A stretch of 32,000 nucleotides of DNA, taken from an uncultured Gammaproteobacteria bacterium. GTDB taxonomy: Bacteria > Patescibacteriota > Microgenomatia > Daviesbacterales > UBA10151. Where the stretch lies: the NCBI GenBank assembly GCA_964360965.1, contig CAYHYM010000004.1, forward strand, positions 32,796-64,795. The letters run 5' to 3'. The notes under the pieces are model-generated. The model saw only the letters and a program-made list of their open reading frames with translations. It ran no database searches and was not told the origin of the DNA. The position numbers and the translations under genes were made by a program. Shown here one piece after another: positions 12,626 to 21,234 of this stretch (positions are counted from its first letter, which is position 1; every line of letters begins with the position of its first letter).

Positions 12626-14323
12626 TTACTGTGTTCCCACCAGATACACAGCTTGCCAGGGTTTGTAGTTAGATTTCCAGGTTTCTTTGATCATCACCTC
12701 CCCTCCTTTGGTGACAGTTCTGGTAAATGACACATCAGCCCCCCAGGCTGCAAAATCTATCTGTTTGACCTCACCTTTGGGCAGCTCGGGGTCATCCTGT
12801 CGCAACTCCGGTGGAGGCGGAGTCTGGTTGGTAATAATTGGTTTTGTTAAAGTGGCCACCCTGTTATCAGAGGTGCCATATAAATCAACATATAAACTGT
12901 TACCCACTGTATATGCTTGGATTAAAATATGGGATGGGGTGTCATTTTTAAACTTAAAATCAACAGAGGGAGAAAAAACTGTGGCATCCAGTCCGGCAGG
13001 GAAACCCTGCTCATAATAACCCACTCTGTAGGCATGAGCTACTCTTTGGACCACTGGTAGTCCCGCATTTAAGACTGCTCTAAATAAAGTAGTTGAATCC
13101 TGACAAACTCCTCCTCCATCATCTAAAACAGTCCTGCCGGATTTAATCACATAGGCCTGTTTATAACCTGACTGCGCCGAAATATCCCCAACTTTGTCGT
13201 TAAAAGAGAATGTTTCTCCTGGGGGGACTAAAATACCGTTGATGCGTGAGGCAGCCAGTCCAATATTATAGATTCTGTTGGGGATTGAACCTGTAAAATG
13301 AGAAATACCGCGACCAATTAGCTCTTTGATCCCCAAATCATTGACCTGTTGGGTTTGGATTTTAGGCTGGGTAATGGTAACTGGCAAGGTGATGGTTTTT
13401 GGTCTTTGGTTGTCCAAAGCCAGTATGATAAGTTGAGTTGTTTTTTCCATATCAACTCTTTTACCTGCCTGGGCAGGTTTGAAAGCTGTTACCCGTGCTA
13501 TTAATGGATCAAAATTAAACAGCGCCTCAATCACCGGTTGGTCAATTTTGGAAGCTACTGCAGTTGTTAAATATTTGGATAGCTTATTTTTATCTATTAA
13601 CTGATTATTTTGTGTAAAATTCAAAAGAGGGATTAAAATTTTAGCATCAATCAACCAGCTATTGCCATCAAAGGTAAGTTTGATTGGTTCTTTGATAGCA
13701 TCCTCCAGATATTTTTTGGCCAGTTCTGCCTCTTTATTGGTAATGTCTGGTTCAATTTGCCTGGTGGGAAGTGTGGCAGGCGAGTTCCCAAATAAAAGGT
13801 AATCCTCAAGGTAAATTAACAGTTGGTCTTTATCCAAAGCAAGACCTGTTCTGCCTGCTGTTATTTTAATTAGGGCAGATGGGGTTGACTGCTCTATTGT
13901 AAGAGTGGCATCTTGGGGAGGTTGATATATGGTTTGAGCTAAGGCGTTAACTTGTTCGTTAAGATCAATATCAATTTTGGGTTTAATGGTTCTTGGGGAA
14001 ACTGTCAGTTTTATTTGATCGAATATTTTTTCTGCCCAGGTACCTGTATGGCCGATTAAAAAAGCCTCGTCTATGGCCTGAGAACTATTAATTTTGGCAG
14101 AGGCGGTTGACAGGTCAATGGTAAGGATCCTTTGCCGCAGTCTTTGGTGGAATTTTGCCTCAATCAGTCTTTGAGATTGAGTTTTGGTCAGGAAAAAAAG
14201 ATGACTATCCCCGACAAAAATTCCGGGAAAAAATTTATCGTAAAAAATAAACTGACAGCTGGTGAGAATAAGTATGATCAGGATAAAAAATAACACCAGC
14301 GGTCTTTTTGCCATTGAGCGCAT
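12626..14323 (-). CDS. VanW-family protein with C-terminal G5-like domain
   Basis: 565 aa with an N-terminal TM helix. The VanW core is GGGVCQDSTTLFRAVLNAGLPVVQRVAHAYRVGYYE. A G5-like segment (PELPKGEVKQIDFAAWGADVSFTRTV) follows. Confidence 0.75.
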   Translation of the reverse strand: MRSMAKRPLVLFFILIILILTSCQFIFYDKFFPGIFVGDSHLFFLTKTQSQRLIEAKFHQRLRQRILTIDLSTASAKINSSQAIDEAFLIGHTGTWAEKIFDQIKLTVSPRTIKPKIDIDLNEQVNALAQTIYQPPQDATLTIEQSTPSALIKITAGRTGLALDKDQLLIYLEDYLLFGNSPATLPTRQIEPDITNKEAELAKKYLEDAIKEPIKLTFDGNSWLIDAKILIPLLNFTQNNQLIDKNKLSKYLTTAVASKIDQPVIEALFNFDPLIARVTAFKPAQAGKRVDMEKTTQLIILALDNQRPKTITLPVTITQPKIQTQQVNDLGIKELIGRGISHFTGSIPNRIYNIGLAASRINGILVPPGETFSFNDKVGDISAQSGYKQAYVIKSGRTVLDDGGGVCQDSTTLFRAVLNAGLPVVQRVAHAYRVGYYEQGFPAGLDATVFSPSVDFKFKNDTPSHILIQAYTVGNSLYVDLYGTSDNRVATLTKPIITNQTPPPPELRQDDPELPKGEVKQIDFAAWGADVSFTRTVTKGGEVMIKETWKSNYKPWQAVYLVGTQ

Positions 14324-14379
14324 TTTACGTTAGTTCCAAGCTTTGGGCAAGTTATGAGATATAATTGAAAGGTAGACCT

Positions 14380-14479
14380 GTGAAGAGCCCTTCGACAAGG
14401 CTTCGACGGTGAGTCTTTCGACCCTGAGCTCAAGACCGAAGGGCTCAGCCGAACCGCTCAGGGTAAACTCTGTCGAACC
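14380..14479 (+). repeat. largest copy of the GC-rich TTCGAC/GCTCAGGG element; likely 5' leader of the solute-binding gene
   Basis: About 60% GC in an AT-rich intergenic region. Interleaved inverted repeats: GAGCCCTTCG 14385-14394 / CGAAGGGCTC 14437-14446, and ACCCTGAGC 14421-14429 / GCTCAGGGT 14456-14464. It ends at the base before ATG 14480. A TATAAT at 14360-14365 lies upstream. Confidence 0.65.
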
Positions 14480-15778
14480 ATGAAAAAAATTATTATTTTG
14501 GTTTTAGTTTTGGCCATTATTTTGGGAGTTTTAATATGGCGTTTTGGGCTGAGTAACAATTTAAAAAAAGTAGAGCCTGTTAATTTGACTTATTGGGGAC
14601 TGTGGGAAGAAGAAAATTTGTTAAAACCTTTGATTTTAGAGTATCAAAAACAAAATCCCAATGTGACAATAAGTTATGTTCGGCAATCATCAATCAATTA
14701 TAGAACCAGGGTTCAGGCTCAAATCAAAGAGGGGGTGGGGCCTGATATTTTTAGAATTCACAACTCCTGGCTGGGCATGTTTTTAAAAGAGGACAGTTTG
14801 GCTCCTGCTTCTGATGTGTTTACTCTAGCTGATTATAAAAATACCTTTTATCCTGTGGCAGCTGATTCTTTTATAACAGCTGATGCCATTTATGCAGCGC
14901 CCATGGAAGTTGATGGACTGGCCCTATTTTATAATGAAGACATGTTAAACGGGATCAACGGAAAACCACCTGAGAATTGGCAAGAATTTATAGAGATAGC
15001 CTTCAAAATGACTGTCCGGGATGCATCAGGAATAAAGACAGCAGGCGCCAGTTTAGGAACAGCCTCAAATGTTGATCACTTCTCGGATATAATAGGGTTG
15101 CTACTTTTACAACAACCTGGTGTGGATTTAACAAATGTGGCAACCCTTCAAGTTGCGGAGGTTTTAAGATTTTATACAGGCTTTGTGACAGATCCAGGGA
15201 AAAAAACTTGGGATGTCAATTTGCCTTCCTCAACTCAGATGTTTATAGAAGGACGCTTAGGTTTTTATTTTGCACCTTCTTGGAGAGCACATGAGATAAG
15301 AGTGGCCAACCCCAATTTGAAATTTAAGGTGGCACCAGTTCCACAGCTGGCAGGCAGGACAGTTGCTTGGGCTTCTCTTTGGGGTGAGGCTGTATCCAAA
15401 ACCAGTAAGAATAGGGAGGAAGCCTGGAAATTTGTCAAATATTTAACATCTGCTGAAGCTCAAAAACTTTTCTATACCGAGGTCTCAAAAGTAAGGTTTT
15501 TTGGGGAGCCTTATTCAAGGGTGGATTTGGCAGGGGAGATCTCGGAGGATCCTGTTGCAGGGGCTTTTGTGTCCCAGGGCCCGTATTATAAATTCTGGTA
15601 TTTATCATCCAACACCTATGACAACGGAATAAATGATGAGATGATTAAATACTGGGAGGATGGCATAAATGCCACCCTGGCTGGAACAGATCCACAGGTG
15701 GCCTTACAAACTGTGGAGAAAGGTGTAAAACAGGTGCTGGATAAATATACCAAAGCTGCTACTCCAAACACAAAATAA
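14480..15778 (+). CDS. ABC transporter extracellular solute-binding protein (family 1, sugar-type)
   Basis: 432 aa. N-terminal membrane anchor, then LTYWGLWEEENLLKPLILEYQKQNPNVTISY and PDIFRIHNSW, typical of SBP_bac_1 proteins. Confidence 0.7.
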   Translation: MKKIIILVLVLAIILGVLIWRFGLSNNLKKVEPVNLTYWGLWEEENLLKPLILEYQKQNPNVTISYVRQSSINYRTRVQAQIKEGVGPDIFRIHNSWLGMFLKEDSLAPASDVFTLADYKNTFYPVAADSFITADAIYAAPMEVDGLALFYNEDMLNGINGKPPENWQEFIEIAFKMTVRDASGIKTAGASLGTASNVDHFSDIIGLLLLQQPGVDLTNVATLQVAEVLRFYTGFVTDPGKKTWDVNLPSSTQMFIEGRLGFYFAPSWRAHEIRVANPNLKFKVAPVPQLAGRTVAWASLWGEAVSKTSKNREEAWKFVKYLTSAEAQKLFYTEVSKVRFFGEPYSRVDLAGEISEDPVAGAFVSQGPYYKFWYLSSNTYDNGINDEMIKYWEDGINATLAGTDPQVALQTVEKGVKQVLDKYTKAATPNTK

Positions 15779-15802
15779 TTTTTGTGTTAAAATACGCTTA
15801 CT

Positions 15803-16111
15803 ATGCAAAAGAAGATTTTAAATTATAAGCAAAGCTTGAAATTCTCGCAGAGCTTAAATTATAGAATCATCATTGAACCGGAAAAAATGGGCAAAAAAAT
15901 TGTCTATAATGCAGCTTGTCCTACACTGGGGGTATATGATTATGGTAACTCCATTGATGAGGTTTTAGAAAGCATTAAAGATGGTATTGAACTGGCAATT
16001 GAAGTGTTAAGAGATGAGGGTCAAGAGGTACCAGTTGATGATACAGAAAAGGGTGTAGTGGTGGCTACTCAAGTAGAGGCTCCTGATAATGCTAAGATAA
16101 TGACTGCATGA
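15803..16111 (+). CDS. hicB: HicB-family antitoxin (copy 3, divergent)
   Basis: YRIIIEPEKMGKKIVYNAACPTLGVYDYGNSIDEVLESIKDGIELAIE is a HicB/UPF0150 pattern. ATGA overlap with the following hicA. Confidence 0.7.
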   Translation: MQKKILNYKQSLKFSQSLNYRIIIEPEKMGKKIVYNAACPTLGVYDYGNSIDEVLESIKDGIELAIEVLRDEGQEVPVDDTEKGVVVATQVEAPDNAKIMTA

Positions 16112-16332
16112 GCAAATTACCTCGCAATGTTAAACCACAGATATTAATTAAATTTCTAGTTAAGCTTGATTTCAAAGAAGGTAAGGGTAGGGGTAGTCAT
16201 ATCAGATTGACTCACCCCGATGATAGGTGGACTCAAGTGGCAGTGCATCCAGGTCCAGTACCACCGGGAACTTTAAGAAAAATAATCAAACAAGCAGAAA
16301 TTACAGAGGATCAATTGAAAGATTTAAAATGA
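16108..16332 (+). CDS. hicA: HicA-family mRNA interferase toxin (copy 3)
   Basis: 74 aa. [28 protein letters not shown] (GSH motif) is YcfA/HicA-like. Confidence 0.75.
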   Translation: MSKLPRNVKPQILIKFLVKLDFKEGKGRGSHIRLTHPDDRWTQVAVHPGPVPPGTLRKIIKQAEITEDQLKDLK

Positions 16333-16709
16333 AAAATAATAAATTAACAGTGTTAATAAATAAACCTGTTAGCGAAGTTTTCTCTTTTACCACAAATCCA
16401 AAAAATACTCCTAAATGGATAGATTCCATTGTCAGCGAAGAAACAAATGAATGGCCAGTTAAAGTAGGAAGTATTTATAAAAACCAAAATATAAATGATG
16501 ATTGGTCAGAATATGTAGTCACAGAGTTTAAAGAAAATGAGATGTTCGTTTTTTCTAAAAAAGATGGAAACTATCATGTTAGATATATTTTTAAACCAAT
16601 TGCAGATGGGACAGAACTAGAATATTATGAATGGGTGGATAAGGGAGATTTGGAAGAACCATTTACTCAAAATATTTTGCAAAAACTAAAAGAGGTAATA
16701 GAAAAATGA
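16329..16709 (+). CDS. SRPBCC (START/AHSA1/polyketide-cyclase-like) domain protein
   Basis: The internal ATG at 16329 gives [31 protein letters not shown]..., a typical SRPBCC N-terminus. ATGA overlap with the hicA stop. The tracked start 16227 lies inside hicA. Confidence 0.55.
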   Translation: MKNNKLTVLINKPVSEVFSFTTNPKNTPKWIDSIVSEETNEWPVKVGSIYKNQNINDDWSEYVVTEFKENEMFVFSKKDGNYHVRYIFKPIADGTELEYYEWVDKGDLEEPFTQNILQKLKEVIEK

Positions 16710-17221
16710 AAGTAATTTTGTATATGGGGATTAGCCCAAATGGATATATTGCTAAAGAAGATGGGGATTCTGAGTGGACTTCAGAGGAAGATTTGCAAGG
16801 TTTTTATAAGCACAGTAAACAAGCAGGCAATATTATCATGGGTAGGCATACCTATGAAGCCGCTTCAAAGTATGGGTATTTTCCATTTCCGGATGCTGTC
16901 AATGTAGTGGTTACCCATCAACCCCTAGAAAATAAATGGGGGAATCAAGTAATGGTTACTGATAAATCTCCAAGAGAAGTTTTACAGATGTTGGAGGAGA
17001 AAGGTTTTAATGAAGCTTTTTTAGCTGGAGGAGGGAAATTAAATAGCTCTTTTATGAAGGAAGGCTTAATTGATGAAATATATTTTGATGTAGAACCAAT
17101 TCTTTTTGGAAAAGGAATTCCAGTTTTTGCGCCAACAGATTTTGAATGTGATCTAGAGTTATTAGAGATAAATAAATTAAATAAAAATACAGTTCAGTTA
17201 CATTACAAGGTTATAAAATGA
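16706..17221 (+). CDS. dihydrofolate reductase-family protein (RibD C-terminal domain type)
   Basis: 171 aa. [24 protein letters not shown]...IIMGRHTYE...[12 protein letters not shown] is an RibD_C/DHFR-like pattern. Confidence 0.65.
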   Translation: MKVILYMGISPNGYIAKEDGDSEWTSEEDLQGFYKHSKQAGNIIMGRHTYEAASKYGYFPFPDAVNVVVTHQPLENKWGNQVMVTDKSPREVLQMLEEKGFNEAFLAGGGKLNSSFMKEGLIDEIYFDVEPILFGKGIPVFAPTDFECDLELLEINKLNKNTVQLHYKVIK

Positions 17222-17790
17222 AAAGAGTGCTCATCATTCATGGATGGGGTGGCAGGCCTGATGGAAATGATTGGTTACCATGGGCTAAAAAAGAATTAGA
17301 AGCTAAGGGATATGAAGTAATTTTGCCATCAATGCCAGATCCTGTTTATCCGAAAATTGAAACTTGGATCCCATTTCTGGCAAATTTAGTAGGTGATGTG
17401 CAGGACACAGATATTTTTATTGGTCATAGTATAGGTTGCCAGACAATTTTAAGATACTTAGAAACTTTAAATAATGAACAAAAAGTAGATAAAGTTATTA
17501 TGATAGCTCCCTGGGGAGTAAGTTTATCTGAGAAAGCTTATGAGGATGAAGAGGATAAAGAAACTGCTAAACCTTGGCTTCAAACTTCCATCAACTGGGA
17601 CAAAATAAAAACAAAAGCTAGAGGGTTTATAGCAATCTTCTCTGATGATGATCCTCTTGTGCCACTAGAAGAAAACAGCAAGCTTTTTAGAGAAAAACTA
17701 GAGGCAAAAATTATTGTGGAACACAATCAAGGTCATTTTAGCGGAGATGATGGGATACAGAGTTTGCCAGTTCTACTTAAGCTTTTCTAA
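17218..17790 (+). CDS. alpha/beta serine hydrolase, YdeN/RBBP9-like
   Basis: 190 aa. VLIIHGWGGRPDGNDWLPW..., nucleophile elbow GHSIGC, and a C-terminal GHF. Confidence 0.65.
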   Translation: MKRVLIIHGWGGRPDGNDWLPWAKKELEAKGYEVILPSMPDPVYPKIETWIPFLANLVGDVQDTDIFIGHSIGCQTILRYLETLNNEQKVDKVIMIAPWGVSLSEKAYEDEEDKETAKPWLQTSINWDKIKTKARGFIAIFSDDDPLVPLEENSKLFREKLEAKIIVEHNQGHFSGDDGIQSLPVLLKLF

Positions 17791-17824
17791 TAAAACTTGA
17801 CTTTTTGTTGTATAATTCTTTCTT

Positions 17825-18388
17825 ATGTCTGAAAGGCCAGAGGTAGTTTTATCAACAAAAATTGAAGGTTTAAAATTTGCCTGCTGGAGGCAGTTACCGC
17901 TTGATGCTCAGACCAGATTTTATCCTGGGATCAAACTTTTTCCCAATCCCTCGGATGCTTTATATAAAGTAGCCGGCGCTTTTGCAATTTTAAAAACACT
18001 TACTCCACCCCTGAGCGGAACAGTTGTGGCGCATGTTGGGTTTGATATTACAGAGGAATCATTTGTTATTACCAATTCTCCCCAGGGATGCTCAAGAAAT
18101 TATTTAGAAGGTTATCCTGATGATTTAAAAACAGCAGTTTTAACAGAGTTAAGAAATGGTTTTAGAGAGGAATTGTTGGGAGCTGTTTTAAAAATAGCCT
18201 CTGTTTTTAAAAATACGGGTATCAGACAAGTTAAGGGTATATCTGCTCACAATGATGAAAGAGTTGATATAAATGGCGGAGTAATGCCTTATCATCAAGC
18301 CCTCAGGTCAATGGATGAGCTTTATCGAAAGTGTGGATTTGATCAAGATATTTATGGTGATTTTGTCTTGTCCTTAATCAGTCCTTGA
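17825..18388 (+). CDS. hypothetical protein
   Basis: 187-aa ORF. TATAAT 17811-17816 lies 8 nt upstream of the ATG. No motif recognised. Confidence 0.45.
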   Translation: MSERPEVVLSTKIEGLKFACWRQLPLDAQTRFYPGIKLFPNPSDALYKVAGAFAILKTLTPPLSGTVVAHVGFDITEESFVITNSPQGCSRNYLEGYPDDLKTAVLTELRNGFREELLGAVLKIASVFKNTGIRQVKGISAHNDERVDINGGVMPYHQALRSMDELYRKCGFDQDIYGDFVLSLISP

Positions 18389-18414
18389 CAAGTAGTGCTA
18401 GTTTCTGGTATATA
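18385..18414 (+). promoter_or_regulatory. groES operon promoter (TTGACA, 18-nt spacer, TATATA)
   Basis: TTGACA 18385-18390 overlaps the stop of the upstream gene; TATATA is at 18409-18414. No CIRCE palindrome was found. Confidence 0.5.
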
Positions 18415-18446
18415 TATGAACCAGTTTCCTGCCTTCTTGATTGCAT

Positions 18447-18791
18447 ATGCCAAAAGTAAAAAAAGCAAAAACTGCAAAATTAAAAATTAACCCTTCGACT
18501 TCGCTCAGGGTGAAGCCCTTAATGGGTTATGTGTTAGTGCAACCTGGTGAGGCTGAAACTACTACTTCCTCAGGTATTATCCTTCCAGAATCAGCTCAAG
18601 AAAAACCGGCTCAAGGAATGGTTGTAGCTTGTGGTGAGGATATGGTTTTGGAGGGTGGCAAAGTTATAAAGTGTCCGGTAAAAGTAGGAGATAAAGTAGT
18701 TTATAAAAAATGGGGCGGGGATGAGATAAAAATAGATGGGGTAGAATATAAATTAGTCAAATTCGATGATCTAATGGCAATATTGGAGTAA
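18447..18791 (+). CDS. groES: co-chaperonin GroES (start ambiguous: ATG 18447 with Lys-rich extension, or GTG 18510)
   Basis: VKPLMGYVLVQP...SGIILPESAQEKPAQGMVVACG...VGDKVVYKKWGG.EIKIDGVEYKLVKFDDLMAILE is canonical GroES. GTG 18510 would give the canonical MKPL.. N-terminus. Confidence 0.85.
   Translation: MPKVKKAKTAKLKINPSTSLRVKPLMGYVLVQPGEAETTTSSGIILPESAQEKPAQGMVVACGEDMVLEGGKVIKCPVKVGDKVVYKKWGGDEIKIDGVEYKLVKFDDLMAILE
18491..18518 (+). repeat. GC-rich CCTTCGAC...GCTCAGGG mini-element at the groES 5' end
   Basis: CCCTTCGACTTCGCTCAGGGTGAAGCCC encodes PSTSLRVKP if translated from ATG 18447. Confidence 0.6.
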
Positions 18792-18795
18792 AAAT

Positions 18796-19170
18796 ATGAG
18801 GGAAAAACTGATAGGAGATATAAATAGATTAGCTAATTTGGGATCAGTTATAACCAGAGGCTTAGATAGAGGAGTTAGTAGGCTCATAAAAGGTCTACCA
18901 ATCAAGAGAGAAAATTCGACTGTAGAATCATTTGATAGTATTAGTGATTATAGTTTGAGTTTTTTAAGATGGGGAGGGCAAATGGCAAGAGATGACGTTT
19001 TCCTAAGAGCATTGGGTGGTGTTACGCTAATTGGAATTGGTATGGTAACTGATAGGATGATTACAGGCGTTGGAATTTACATAACATTAAAAAATGCTAA
19101 AGCATTTCACGATTTAAGTAGAGACATAAAAAGAATAGGAAATGCAGAATCAGCAAGAGGAATCGTCTAA
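18796..19170 (+). CDS. hypothetical 124-aa protein inserted between groES and groEL (one or two predicted TM helices)
   Basis: GGAG lies 8 nt upstream of the ATG. The hydrophobic stretch LGGVTLIGIGMVTDRMITGVGIYITL is present. No homology recognised. Confidence 0.5.
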   Translation: MREKLIGDINRLANLGSVITRGLDRGVSRLIKGLPIKRENSTVESFDSISDYSLSFLRWGGQMARDDVFLRALGGVTLIGIGMVTDRMITGVGIYITLKNAKAFHDLSRDIKRIGNAESARGIV

Positions 19171-19183
19171 AAGGAATTAATAT

Positions 19184-20827
19184 ATGGCAAAGATGTTGAA
19201 ATTTAACCAAGAAGCTCGTGAGAAATTATTAAAGGGTATTAATATCCTGACAGAGGCTGTGGCTACCACTTTGGGGCCTAAGGGCAGAAATGTGGCTTTG
19301 GATAAGAAGTGGGGAGCACCAGCTGTTGTTCATGATGGAGTAACTGTGGCCAAAGAGATAGATTTGGAAGACCCGTTTGAAAACATGGGGGCACAACTTA
19401 TTAAAGAAGCAGCCTCAAAGACCAATGATGTGGCAGGAGACGGAACAACAACAGCCACCATTTTGGCCCAAGCAATGGTTTCAGAGGGCTTAAAAAATAT
19501 TCAGGCCGGAGCCAATCCCATGATTTTAAAACATGGCATGGAAAAGGCTGTGACAGCTTTGGTTGAAGAGCTCAAAAAGATGAGCAAAAAAGTAACTACT
19601 CAGGAAGAAATTGCTCAAGTGGCCACCATTGCCGCGGCAGATGTACAGATTGGCAATCTAATTGCCGAAGCCTTGCAAAAAGTGGGAAAAGACGGGGTGG
19701 TTACAGTTGAGGAAGGTAAAACTATGGAGATGGCTGTTGATTATAAAAAAGGGATGGAGTTTGATAAAGGTTTTGTTTCACCTTATTTTATAACTGATAC
19801 GGATAAAATGGAGGCAAGTAATGATGGGGAACCATATATTCTAATTACTGATAAGAAAATTTCTTCTGCCGCTGATCTTGTTCCATTTTTAGAAAAATTC
19901 GTACAGTACTCTAAAGATTTAGTAATAATTGCAGACGAAGTTGAAGGAGAAGCGCTGGCTTTATTAGTAGTAAATAAACTTCGCGGTACCTTCAATATTT
20001 TTGCAGTTAAGGCTCCAGGCTTTGGTGATCGCAGGAAAGAGATGTTGGAAGATATAGCAATTTTGACAGGTGGTACTGTTATTTCTGAAGACACAGGGAA
20101 AAAATTTGAATCAGTTGAAAAAGAGGATTTAGGAAGAGCTGGAAGGGTAACATCAGATAAAGACAACACTTTAATTGTTGATGGTAAGGGCGTCAAAGCC
20201 AGGATTGAAGGAAGAATTGCTCAAATAAGAAGGGAGCTGGAAACTTCAGATTCAGAATTTGACAAGGAAAAGCTACAAGAAAGATTGGCCAAATTAACAG
20301 GTGGAGTGGCTGTAGTTAATGTTGGAGCTGCCACAGAAATAGAACTGAAAGAGAAAAAAGAAAGGGTAATTGATGCAGTGGCAGCCACCAAAGCAGCAAT
20401 TGAGGAAGGAATTGTTCCTGGTGGAGAGGTAGCTTTAATTAGAGCAGCTAAAGTTTTGGACAGTGTGATTGCTGATGGGGACTCTTCGACAGGTTCAGGG
20501 CAAGAGGAAAAAGTTGGTGTAGAGATTGTCAAAAAAGCCCTGGAACAACCATTTAGGCAGTTGGTTAAAAATGCGGGAATGGATGAGGGTGTTGCCTTAG
20601 CAAAAGTTTTGGATTCGCAAGGCAATATGGGTATTGATGCTTTAGATGGTAACCTGAAAGATTTAGTTAAGGCAGGAATTATTGACCCGGTCAAAGTGAC
20701 CAGATCAGCTCTTCAGAATGCAGTATCCGTAGCTATTATGGTAATGACGACCCACGTTCTAATTTCTGACAAGCCTGAACCCCCAGCACCTCCCCCAATG
20801 CCCCCGGGCGGAAGGCCTGAGTACTAA
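19184..20827 (+). CDS. groEL: chaperonin GroEL
   Basis: 547 aa. Contains [46 protein letters not shown] and [11 protein letters not shown]. The C-terminal tail is Pro-rich ([17 protein letters not shown]) instead of the usual GGM repeats. Confidence 0.95.
   Translation: MAKMLKFNQEAREKLLKGINILTEAVATTLGPKGRNVALDKKWGAPAVVHDGVTVAKEIDLEDPFENMGAQLIKEAASKTNDVAGDGTTTATILAQAMVSEGLKNIQAGANPMILKHGMEKAVTALVEELKKMSKKVTTQEEIAQVATIAAADVQIGNLIAEALQKVGKDGVVTVEEGKTMEMAVDYKKGMEFDKGFVSPYFITDTDKMEASNDGEPYILITDKKISSAADLVPFLEKFVQYSKDLVIIADEVEGEALALLVVNKLRGTFNIFAVKAPGFGDRRKEMLEDIAILTGGTVISEDTGKKFESVEKEDLGRAGRVTSDKDNTLIVDGKGVKARIEGRIAQIRRELETSDSEFDKEKLQERLAKLTGGVAVVNVGAATEIELKEKKERVIDAVAATKAAIEEGIVPGGEVALIRAAKVLDSVIADGDSSTGSGQEEKVGVEIVKKALEQPFRQLVKNAGMDEGVALAKVLDSQGNMGIDALDGNLKDLVKAGIIDPVKVTRSALQNAVSVAIMVMTTHVLISDKPEPPAPPPMPPGGRPEY
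20482..20504 (+). repeat. short TTCGAC...TCAGGG motif copy inside groEL (encodes DSSTGSGQ)
   Basis: CTCTTCGACaggTTCAGGGCAAG. Compare CCTTCGACttcgcTCAGGGTGAAG at 18492-18515. Local GC spike in a variable GroEL loop. Confidence 0.4.
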
Positions 20828-20877
20828 AGCGCCTTTACTTCTGAATTACGATATAAAATTAAGTTAAAATAAATCAT

Positions 20878-21177
20878 ATGAGTGTTTACTTTGATTTTCC
20901 TACTGGTTGGTGGGTAATTATTCTTTTTATTTACGGATTATATCTTTACCTTTTCTTGCAAAGAAAAAGTTATCAGAGAAAAGGAGAGATTAGAAATCAG
21001 CTAATATTTGCTACAATAATACTGATTATTTCTTTTACCATAGAGGTTATAGCTGTAAATCTTAATGTCTGGACATACTTTCCAGGAAATTGGCCAATTA
21101 TTTTATGGGTGGGATATTTTGGTTCAGGACTTTTGGGTTATCAGCTAGTTAAAAAGATTGAGGAACTGTTATCATAA
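20878..21177 (+). CDS. small integral membrane protein
   Basis: 99 aa with three hydrophobic helices. Confidence 0.5.
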   Translation: MSVYFDFPTGWWVIILFIYGLYLYLFLQRKSYQRKGEIRNQLIFATIILIISFTIEVIAVNLNVWTYFPGNWPIILWVGYFGSGLLGYQLVKKIEELLS

Positions 21178-21234
21178 AAATACGACGACCGTCGCAAAAA
21201 TGTTTGAGTCAATATTTATGTTAAACTTTATTTG

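Noticed and set aside
16227-16709. Tracked 160-aa ORF starting at 16227 inside hicA.
   Set aside because: The first 34 codons overlap hicA in another frame. The SRPBCC-like sequence begins at the internal ATG 16329, which forms an ATGA overlap with the hicA stop.
18391-18440. Possible CIRCE (HrcA) operator upstream of groES, because AGTGCTA resembles a CIRCE half-site.
   Set aside because: No partner TTAGCACTC half-site exists at the required 9-nt spacing. Only a 5-bp CTGGT/ACCAG inverted repeat surrounds the -10.
20770-20827. GroEL C-terminal tail is Pro-rich ([17 protein letters not shown]) instead of carrying GGM repeats.
   Set aside because: Chaperonin C-terminal tails vary between lineages, so this is noted only in the feature evidence.
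21181-21200. Hairpin CGACG-ac-CGTCG after the small membrane protein gene, considered as a terminator.
   Set aside because: The 2-nt loop is sterically implausible, the effective stem is about 4 bp, and no T run follows.
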